Assembly (NCBI GenBank): GCA_016204335.1
Contig: JACQKU010000014.1
Coordinates: 4,988 to 68,987, forward strand
Length of the DNA stretch: 64,000 nucleotides
From: Candidatus Liptonbacteria bacterium
GTDB lineage: Bacteria; Patescibacteriota; Minisyncoccia; UBA6257; 2-01-FULL-56-20
Direction: 5' to 3'
Position 1 is the first letter of the stretch. Each line of letters starts with the position of its first letter. Below are positions 57,398 to 64,000 of the stretch, one piece after another. The notes under the pieces are model-generated. The model was not told where the DNA came from. It saw nothing but the letters and a program-made list of their open reading frames with translations, and did no database searches. A program made the translations under genes and the position numbers.

Positions 57398-58156
57398 ATG
57401 AGAGCAAGTTTCAAATCCTTAAGCACGCGGTATAAATTTTCAAATCAACGTTATGGTGCTCGTTATAGTGTGGGGATAGATGAGGTGGGGCGGGGGGCTT
57501 TGGCCGGCCCGGTGACCGTTGCCGTGGCATGCATCCCGGACGATTTGCGTATCGAGAATCAGGGCTGGGGAAATTTGAAGGATTCAAAAAAACTTTCTCC
57601 GGCGCAAAGAAAGAAATGGTTTGCTTATTTCAGAAACCAGCCCGCGCTATGCTATAGCATAGCGCGCGTGTACCCGCGAGGCGTAGAGCGGTTGAATATT
57701 TCAAACGCCGCGAACCGAGCGGCTACGAAAGCGTGTAATAGGTTATTAAGGAAACGGGAAATTAAGAAATTCAGGATTTTTTTGGACGGCGGGCTTTATC
57801 TTGAAGATAAGAGCGAAAAAGTGCGAATACTTATGCGAAAGGGCGCGAAAAACTTTCGCAAAGATTCGCGTGTAAATTCGCGACATTTCGCTTCTACAAT
57901 TATCAAGGGCGACGAGAAAATCACCGCCATTGCAATCGCTTCCATCATCGCGAAAGTCGACAGGGACGGATATATGGAGCGGCTGTCGAAAAAACATCCA
58001 CGATACGGTTTCGAGATTCACAAGGGCTATGGGACAAAGAAACATTTTAGCGCGATCCGCCGGTACGGCCCCAGCAAAGCGCACAGGTTGACGTTTCTCT
58101 TAGATTTTCTTGAAAATCGTAAGCGGAAGCGAGACGATTTTTCTAGAAAATCTTAG
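57398..58156 (+). CDS. rnhB: ribonuclease HII
   Basis: GIDEVGRGALAGPV; contains perfect palindrome CGCGCTATGCTATAGCATAGCGCG at 57643-57666 within the coding sequence. Confidence 0.85.
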   Translation: MRASFKSLSTRYKFSNQRYGARYSVGIDEVGRGALAGPVTVAVACIPDDLRIENQGWGNLKDSKKLSPAQRKKWFAYFRNQPALCYSIARVYPRGVERLNISNAANRAATKACNRLLRKREIKKFRIFLDGGLYLEDKSEKVRILMRKGAKNFRKDSRVNSRHFASTIIKGDEKITAIAIASIIAKVDRDGYMERLSKKHPRYGFEIHKGYGTKKHFSAIRRYGPSKAHRLTFLLDFLENRKRKRDDFSRKS

Positions 58157-58298
58157 ACCCCGCCTCTTCTTTTATGTTGTTGGCTCTAGACTTGCATTGT
58201 CCGCTAAATTCTGTAAAATGGAATTATTAAATTAAAGCTCAGAAGAGGCGGGGTGCTCAATTTTGCAACCAATCGCTTCGCTCTTGGGCAAAATTGGC

Positions 58299-58448
58299 AT
58301 GGGAGGCGTACCAGTAAAACATCATAGCAAGGGAAAAGTCGGCAGGCGGAGGTCGCATATGGCTTTGAAAAAAGAGCGGGTTTTTGTTTGCAAGAACTGC
58401 GGCGGGCCGAAACTGCCGCACCGGATTTGCGGGCAGTGCAGGAAGTAA
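58299..58448 (+). CDS. rpmF: 50S ribosomal protein L32
   Basis: GGVPVKHHSKGKVGRRRSH..CKNCGGPKLPHRICGQC; ORF-track start 58263 uses a non-ATG start; coordinates may be off by 1. Confidence 0.7.
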   Translation: MGGVPVKHHSKGKVGRRRSHMALKKERVFVCKNCGGPKLPHRICGQCRK

Positions 58449-58598
58449 ATTCAAAAATCAAATATCAAAGTGCAAAATGAAAGCGTAAAATGAAAAAAGA
58501 ATTCAAGCACATTCTTTTTTCCGCCCGAGGCGGATCCGCCTTCGGCGGAGAATTTTGATTCGTCATTTTGATTTTTGACTTTTGCATTTTGTATTTTA
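58447..58598 (+). repeat. MITE family 1 degenerate copy with double CCGCC/GGCGG hairpin loop
   Basis: AAATTCAAAAATCAAATATCAAAGTGCAAAATGAAAGCG.. / ..TTTTGATTTTTGACTTTTGCATTTTGTATTTT; loop TCCGCCCGAGGCGGATCCGCCTTCGGCGGAG resembles 10362-10395. Confidence 0.6.
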
Positions 58599-58601
58599 TA
58601 T

Positions 58602-59030
58602 ATGTCTACCCGACACTTGGTAAGAAGCGTACTTTTGCAAACATTGTACGAATGGGATTTTTACGACAGAAAAAAGGATTTGACCGAGATTCTCGAGCGA
58701 AATCTCAATGAATTCGCGCCGGGCATCGACGAGCCGGAATTTGCCTGGCGGATTTTAAAAGGCCTAGCCGAGCATCTTTCGGAAATTGACGCGATTTTAG
58801 AGAAAGCCGCGCCCGAATGGCCGCTTAAAAAAATCGCGATGATAGACAGAAATATTCTGCGAATCGGACTTTATGAGCTTTTATACGCGGACCCGAACGA
58901 AGTTCCGGTGAAAGTCGCGATTAACGAAGCCGTGGAAATAGCCAAAAATTACGGCGGTCCCAACTCGGTCAAATTCATAAACGGCGTGCTCGGGACAGTG
59001 TATCGCCAAACGCACGGTAAACAGAAATAA
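58602..59030 (+). CDS. nusB: transcription antitermination factor NusB
   Basis: [20 protein letters not shown]. Confidence 0.85.
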   Translation: MSTRHLVRSVLLQTLYEWDFYDRKKDLTEILERNLNEFAPGIDEPEFAWRILKGLAEHLSEIDAILEKAAPEWPLKKIAMIDRNILRIGLYELLYADPNEVPVKVAINEAVEIAKNYGGPNSVKFINGVLGTVYRQTHGKQK

Positions 59031-59036
59031 TTAATT

Positions 59037-59735
59037 ATGAATAACGAAGCAGGCAATCTTGAAAATCTCGAAACCGTCATCGGCTTCAATTTCAAAAATA
59101 AAGATTTTCTCAAAGAGGCGCTGACGCACCGGTCGTATTTGAACGAAAATCCCGGCTGGCCGTTTTCCCACAACGAGCGTCTGGAATATCTCGGCGACGC
59201 GGTGCTTGAGCTTGTGGTGAGCGAAGCGCTTTTCAAAAAATTTCCCAAAGCGCCCGAGGGGCAGATGACAGTGCTTCGCGCCGCGCTCGTGAATTACCAA
59301 ATGCTCGGCAGCGTTGCCGCGGCTCTCCGCCTTGACGATTTTATTTTTATGTCGCGGGGGGAGCGCGCTGACACCTCAAAAGCGCGGGAAGTGATTCTCG
59401 CGAACGCCATTGAGTCGCTCATCGGCGCGATTTATCTTGATGCCGGACTTGAAGCCGTAGAGGGGTTTGTCGAACGATTTATTTTCACGCGTCTTCCGGA
59501 AATCCTCGAAACCAAAAGCTATAAGGACTCCAAAAGCGAACTTCAGGAAATAATCCAGGAAAAACTGAAAATAACGCCGACCTACGGAGTTCTTGGAGAA
59601 AGCGGGCCGGCGCACCAGCGGACATTCCGCATAGGGGTTTATTTCGGGAATGAATTGATTGCCGAAGGCGCGGGCGCTTCTAAGCAGGAAGCCGAAGTCG
59701 AAGCGGCGAAAAAAGCGCTGGAGAAGCGTAAATAA
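59037..59735 (+). CDS. rnc: ribonuclease III
   Basis: HRSYLNENPGWPFSHNERLEYLGDAVLELVVSEALF signature and C-terminal dsRBD. Confidence 0.9.
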   Translation: MNNEAGNLENLETVIGFNFKNKDFLKEALTHRSYLNENPGWPFSHNERLEYLGDAVLELVVSEALFKKFPKAPEGQMTVLRAALVNYQMLGSVAAALRLDDFIFMSRGERADTSKAREVILANAIESLIGAIYLDAGLEAVEGFVERFIFTRLPEILETKSYKDSKSELQEIIQEKLKITPTYGVLGESGPAHQRTFRIGVYFGNELIAEGAGASKQEAEVEAAKKALEKRK

Positions 59736-59857
59736 AATCAAAATTCAAACTGCAAACATCAAAATGAAAATGTAAAATGCAAAAAACCCTTAAAAATTCT
59801 TTTTTAATTTTTTCTTTTTCATTTTGCATTTTGAGATTTGATTTTTGAATTTTCCAT
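59735..59857 (+). repeat. MITE family 1 copy 4 (near-identical to 15881-16001)
   Basis: AAAATCAAAATTCAAACTGCAAACATCAAAATGAAAATGTAAAATGCAAAAAA .. TTTTTCATTTTGCATTTTGAGATTTGATTTTTGAATTTT, ending 2 nt before the smc ATG. Confidence 0.8.
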
Positions 59858-59858
59858 C

Positions 59859-62048
59859 ATGCCCAATCTTCTTAAACGCCTCGAACTAAACGGGTTCAAA
59901 TCGTTCGCGCAAAAGACAGTTCTCGAATTTCCGACCGGCATCACGGCGATTGTCGGTCCCAACGGTTCGGGAAAATCTAACGTCATAGACGCGATTCGCT
60001 GGCTGTTGGGCGAGCGCGAAGCGAAAAATTTGCGCGGCGCAAAAGCGGAGGACCTGATTTTCGCGGGCACTCCGAAAAAGGCGCGGCTTGGCCAGGCGCA
60101 CGCATCGCTTCATTTCGAAAACGAGAAGAATTTTTTTCCGCTTGAGTTCGCCGAAATTTCCGTTTCCCGGCAGGTTGACCGCGACGGCTCGAATAAGTTT
60201 TTTTTGAATAAGGCGGAAATCCGGCTCAAGGACCTGATAGATTTTTTCGCGAAAGTCAGGCTGGGAACAAAGGGTTTGGTGGTTATAACGCAGGGCAACA
60301 GCGACATTTTTGTCCAGGCCTCTCCAGCCGGAAGGCGCGAAATGCTCGAGGAAATGCTCGGCTTACGCGAATATCAGCTGAAAAAAAATTCATCCGAACG
60401 CCGCCTGAAAAACACGGAAATCAATCTTGAGAAAGTTGACGCCTTGATAAAGGAAATTCTGCCGCATCTTCGTTCGCTCAAACGGCAGACGGGCCGGTGG
60501 GAAAAACGGGAGGCGCTTGCGGACGAACTTCATAATCTTGAAAATCAATTTTTCGGGCATCAATGGCGGGAGCTTGGAGATAAGATTTCCGGAATTGAAA
60601 AAGAGATTGGCGTCCATCGGGAAGAGTTGAAAATTTTTGAAAAAGAAAAAGACGCCGCGGATGAATATCTCAAAAAAGTCGAGGCGAGCAGGCCGGCGGA
60701 ACGCGAGGAAATGGCGGGCATCAAGAAAGAACTGAACGAGGTTCTTGAAAAAAGAAGCCAATTTCAGAAAGAACTCGGCCGTTTGGAAGCCCGGCTCGAA
60801 ATATACCAGAAAAAGCCGGGCGATGTTTCGGTTCCGGCGACGAAACTCGTCGAATTTATAGAAAAGGCGAGAACGAGACTCGAAAAAACCCTTGACGCGG
60901 AAATCGAATCACTGCGCGATGTTATACGCGAACTTATGCGTGAAATCGACGTTCTTTTTTCCGCCGGAGAAAAAGAGGATATGGCACTGCCGCAGGACCT
61001 TAAATCGGGCCTCGCGGAACTCGAGAAAAATTTGGCGGGTTTGGACGGGGAAATTTCGGCGCTCCGGCTGAAAGAGGAAACGCTCGGAAAAAACCAGGAG
61101 GACTTTTATCGCTTGTTCAAAAAAGCCGCGGCTGGAATCGAGGCGGCGAAAGACAAAATCGAGAAATGGGAAAATAAGAATCAGGAGCGGCTTTTTGAAA
61201 AGGAACGTCTGGAACTCCGTTTATCGGAGTTGAAGCGCCAGATAGAACAAGCGGGCCGGAAGCCGGAAGAGTTTAATAAGGTTATGCATTCGGAGATTCC
61301 GCAATCGGAATCGTTTTCCTCGTTTGAGAAACGGATTTTTAAGTTGCGCGGCGACTTGGCGGGCATCGGCGAAGTTGACGAAGCGCTTCTTAAAGAAGCG
61401 AGGGAAACCGAAGAACGGCACAATTTTCTCGAACGGCAGTTCGAGGATTTGGGAAAAGCAAAAAACGACCTTAGGCAGTTGATAGAAGAATTAAGCGATA
61501 AAATAAGGAACGAGTTTATGGAAGCTCTAGGAAAAATTAACGAAGAGTTCGACACGTTTTTTCGGCTGATGTTCGACGGAGGCCGCGCGAAACTCAAGAT
61601 AGTGGGTCAAGGGTCAAGTATCAAGGGTCAAGTAAAGGCGAAAGGCGCCGAAGAAAATAAAGAGTCGAATGTTGCGGCGGAAGAAGAGGCGGAGAAAGAA
61701 GAAAAAGAAGTAGAGGAGGGAATAGAAATAAGCGTGAATTTGCCGCGAAAAAAAATACATTCTCTGGAAACGCTTTCCGGCGGCGAGAGGAGTTTGGTCG
61801 GCATCGCGGCATTGTTCGCCCTGATTTCGGTCAGCCCGCCGCCGTTTCTGGTTCTTGACGAAGTGGACGCCGCGCTCGATTCCCGAAATTCCCGGCGGTT
61901 CGGCGAGATGCTCAAAGAATTTTCGAAAAAAACCCAGTTTATCGTCGTCACGCACAACCGCGCCGTAATGGAAACGGCAAACGTGTTATACGGAGTGACG
62001 CTCAACGAAGACGGCACTTCAAAAATTTTGTCGTTGAAATTGGAATAA
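59859..62048 (+). CDS. smc: chromosome segregation SMC-like ATPase (short, ~729 aa)
   Basis: Walker A GPNGSGKSN, long coiled coil, signature LSGGERSL, Walker B FLVLDEVDAALD; rnc-smc synteny; (GGGTCAA)-type heptamer tract at 61605-61633. Confidence 0.75.
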   Translation: MPNLLKRLELNGFKSFAQKTVLEFPTGITAIVGPNGSGKSNVIDAIRWLLGEREAKNLRGAKAEDLIFAGTPKKARLGQAHASLHFENEKNFFPLEFAEISVSRQVDRDGSNKFFLNKAEIRLKDLIDFFAKVRLGTKGLVVITQGNSDIFVQASPAGRREMLEEMLGLREYQLKKNSSERRLKNTEINLEKVDALIKEILPHLRSLKRQTGRWEKREALADELHNLENQFFGHQWRELGDKISGIEKEIGVHREELKIFEKEKDAADEYLKKVEASRPAEREEMAGIKKELNEVLEKRSQFQKELGRLEARLEIYQKKPGDVSVPATKLVEFIEKARTRLEKTLDAEIESLRDVIRELMREIDVLFSAGEKEDMALPQDLKSGLAELEKNLAGLDGEISALRLKEETLGKNQEDFYRLFKKAAAGIEAAKDKIEKWENKNQERLFEKERLELRLSELKRQIEQAGRKPEEFNKVMHSEIPQSESFSSFEKRIFKLRGDLAGIGEVDEALLKEARETEERHNFLERQFEDLGKAKNDLRQLIEELSDKIRNEFMEALGKINEEFDTFFRLMFDGGRAKLKIVGQGSSIKGQVKAKGAEENKESNVAAEEEAEKEEKEVEEGIEISVNLPRKKIHSLETLSGGERSLVGIAALFALISVSPPPFLVLDEVDAALDSRNSRRFGEMLKEFSKKTQFIVVTHNRAVMETANVLYGVTLNEDGTSKILSLKLE

Positions 62049-62060
62049 TCTTTAAAAACG

Positions 62061-62104
62061 AAAAAACGCCGGACATCACTTGTTGACGAAGGCGTTTCTT
62101 TGTT
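62061..62104. terminator. bidirectional terminator-like hairpin AACGCC..GGCGTT flanked by A-run and T-run
   Basis: AAAAAACGCC-20 nt-GGCGTTTCTTTGTT; on the minus strand it is followed by TTTTTTCGTTTTT. Confidence 0.4.
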
Positions 62105-62714
62105 ACTCGTTAAGTTGTCAAAGAGCGAAACCGATGGGCGGGCGGAGAGTCAGCAGGACTCCCCGCCCGGAATCCTTTCGTTTCCCTTTGTAAGGGATAC
62201 GCTAGGTTTCTGCATTCGCCAGGGAGTTCGTCCACTGCCGATTGCGCCCACCATTGCAAATTCAGGCGGGCAAGAAAAGAGGGTTTTTCTTTTCTTACCC
62301 GGACGGCCTATGCGCCCGATGCGCAAGGTCCTCTGCGACCTCCGGAGGCTGGAGGCGCACCCAAAGTTTTCTGAATAAAGGATAGTACGACTCCGGCCAT
62401 TTGACAAGTTTTGAATGTCTGCTACACTTTAGAAGATTCCAAAGACCATAGGTGCCAAAGGGATAAACTTGCCCGCCGTAGTCCGCCATAGGTGGACGAA
62501 GGATGGGTCCTATGCAGGAGATTTCATTCGGATGGGCGCTTTCGTGATGCGCTATTCGGGCGAAACGCCTGCTTTGGAGAGCGGGTTTTTTATTTATAAG
62601 TATCAGCATAAATCCGCAAAAATCAGCATGAATCAGCGTGGAAAGCGCGCAACGATTTCTAGGTTTGGACCGCTGATAGATGCCGATTTCAGCTGATTAA
62701 TACCGATAAACTTC

Positions 62715-63245
62715 ATGAAAACCAAAGCGCAAAAAGAAAAAGAACTCGAAAAAGGCAGAGAGCTTTTGGCTCAAAGCGCCATCTTGATTTTCACGAATTT
62801 TTCGAATGTCGCTTCGGCGAACATCAATAAACTGCGCCAGCAGCTCAAAAGTTCGGATTCGCGCTATTTAGTGATTAAAAAGCGGCTTCTCAATATTCTT
62901 TTCAAAGAGAGGGGGATTGAGTTTGACGCGAGAAAATTGGATTCGCAGATAGGCACGATTTTTTCAAAGCAGAATCTTGAACAAGTAAGCGGGCCGGTGT
63001 TCAGTTTTTTTAACGGCATCGGCGGAGACACGAAAGCCGGCCGCGATGAAAGCGTAAAGAAAATCCTCGGCGCCTACGACTTGAAAGCAAAAACGGCAAT
63101 CGAAGCGAAACAGGTGCTCTTTATCGGACAACTGCCGCCGAGAGAAGTTCTTCTGGCGCAGCTGCTCGGAATGATTTCTGCTCCGATACGTTCGTTTCTT
63201 TATGTTTTAAGCGAGAAGTCAAAACAAATGGTCGAAACCAAGTAG
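62715..63245 (+). CDS. rplJ: 50S ribosomal protein L10
   Basis: MKTKAQKEKELEKGRELL.. L10 family; followed by rplL. Confidence 0.85.
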   Translation: MKTKAQKEKELEKGRELLAQSAILIFTNFSNVASANINKLRQQLKSSDSRYLVIKKRLLNILFKERGIEFDARKLDSQIGTIFSKQNLEQVSGPVFSFFNGIGGDTKAGRDESVKKILGAYDLKAKTAIEAKQVLFIGQLPPREVLLAQLLGMISAPIRSFLYVLSEKSKQMVETK

Positions 63246-63332
63246 CGCTACGAAATACGAATTTATTGCGAATATACGAAACACGAATGGGAAGTAAAAT
63301 TCGTATATTCGCACAGTTTCGTAATTCGCAGA
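63246..63332 (+). repeat. MITE family 2 copy (GCTACGAAATACGAATTTATTGCGAATATACGAAA .. AATTCGTATATTCGCACAGTTTCGTAATTCGCAG)
   Basis: Between rplJ and rplL. Confidence 0.6.
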
Positions 63333-63339
63333 GATTATC

Positions 63340-63705
63340 ATGGATAAACACCAGGATTTAATTTCAAAAATAGAATCGTTGACCGCGCTCGAACTCGCGG
63401 AACTGGTAAGGGCGCTTGAAGAAAAATTCGGCATTTCCGCCGCGGCGCCGATGGCTGCCGCGGGAGGCGCGGGCGCCGCAGGAGCCGAAGAAAAAACAAG
63501 TTTTAACGTGCTCCTGAAGTCGGCCGGCGAACAGAAAATAAATGTCATCAAGGTAATCAGAGAAGCGACCGGCCTCGGATTGAAGGAATCGAAAGATGTC
63601 GCTGACGGCGCGCCGAAAGTCGTCAAAGAAGGATTGAAGAAAGAAGACGCGGACGAACTAAAGAAGAAACTCGAAGCGGCCGGAGCAGTTGCTGAAATTC
63701 AGTAA
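63340..63705 (+). CDS. rplL: 50S ribosomal protein L7/L12
   Basis: [18 protein letters not shown], Ala/Gly hinge, C-terminal KEAKDLV-like domain. Confidence 0.9.
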   Translation: MDKHQDLISKIESLTALELAELVRALEEKFGISAAAPMAAAGGAGAAGAEEKTSFNVLLKSAGEQKINVIKVIREATGLGLKESKDVADGAPKVVKEGLKKEDADELKKKLEAAGAVAEIQ

Positions 63706-63726
63706 TTTGATAAATAAGTAATTGCA

Positions 63727-63766
63727 TGAAAAAAACAGCGCCGTGCTATAGCACGGCGCTGTTTTT
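63727..63766. terminator. bidirectional Rho-independent terminator AAAAACAGCGCCGTGC-TATA-GCACGGCGCTGTTTTT
   Basis: 11-bp GC stem, 4-nt loop, A5 upstream and T5 downstream. Confidence 0.75.
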
Positions 63767-64000
63767 GCGCGGTAAGAAATTTGCAAAATGGAGGTCTTCC
63801 AAAACATACTTATAAACTGGAGTATATAAGTATGTTTTTTATTGCGTGTTATGACATGTCATATCAAATTGGAATGATTTTATAATTCACATATATTATT
63901 TCCCCATAAGCCCTTCTTTCATATTGTTTATAGTCGGCTTTCTTGATATATTGTAATGGATTCGACGAGCTCGCCACAAGAACGATTTTGCGCGATTAGC

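Noticed and set aside
57643-57666. Palindrome inside rnhB as evidence of gene disruption
   Set aside because: Reading frame and conserved RNase HII residues are intact across it; recorded only as an intragenic member of the palindrome family.
19254-61633. CRISPR array
   Set aside because: The only regularly spaced repeats are 7-8-nt tandem units without spacers; no 25-40-nt repeat/spacer periodicity anywhere in the window and no cas genes apart from a lone Cas4-like nuclease.
62100-62696. Short ORFs 62100..62378, 62150..62407, 62295..62609, 62469..62696
   Set aside because: Overlapping, compositionally odd, no motifs; region treated as non-coding/structured.

Overview
This 64 kb window looks like a small-genome Patescibacteria/CPR-type chromosome segment (my inference from gene content; GC roughly 50% with AT-rich and GC-rich islands), mostly housekeeping genes. 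Calls below are ordered along the window, with each gene's strand in brackets.

- 1-3.7 kb: glyA (-, truncated at window start), tRNA-His, ftsH (+), tRNA-Ile(UAU).
- 3.7-10 kb: an AT-rich GNAT plus small hypothetical pair, then a partial dcw cluster mraZ-rsmH-ftsL-ftsI-murF (all +).
- 10-14 kb: tRNA-Glu, then a repeat-flanked islet carrying a membrane ORF, an AbrB/MazE-type antitoxin and an amber-interrupted doc, then glmS (-).
- 14.8-17.8 kb: a succinyl-CoA-synthetase-like beta and alpha pair plus a short citrate-synthase-like ORF (citryl-CoA synthetase/lyase or ATP-citrate-lyase-like trio).
- 17.8-24 kb: GNAT, tpiA, a large NlpC/P60 hydrolase, a SIMPL/DUF541 protein, a GtrA-like protein.
- 24-28 kb: an IS481-like DDE transposase, murB, hpf.
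- 28-46 kb: secA, GNAT, a 2-hydroxyacid dehydrogenase, an EEP-family protein, two tandem zinc-ribbon proteins (-), nth, a HAD hydrolase, tsaC, a cyclase-family protein, a frameshifted zwf whose C-terminus reads in-frame into gnd, an AT-rich hypothetical plus PD-(D/E)xK nuclease plus DUF4258, a PEBP-family protein, two secreted proteins.
- 46-64 kb: ychF, a DUF559 fusion, an arsR regulator, recR/dnaB/cysS (all -), a P-II-like protein (-), corA-like (-), an S1-domain protein, a GIY-YIG gene inserted 5' of tRNA-Phe, yvcK, rnhB, rpmF, nusB, rnc, a short smc, rplJ, rplL.

The window is unusually rich in small repeats:
- at least three MITE-like hairpin families, several overlapping gene ends;
- a palindrome family with YTATGC...GCATAR arms;
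- heptanucleotide tandem-repeat tracts embedded in the coding sequences of secA, tpiA, smc, tsaC and zwf, where three copies break the zwf frame;
- GC-rich hairpin insertions inside rsmH and secA.

Three GC-rich ORF-poor tracts (about 966-1700, 13860-14740 and 62060-62700) are candidate structured ncRNAs that I could not identify by eye. No CRISPR array or rRNA was seen.
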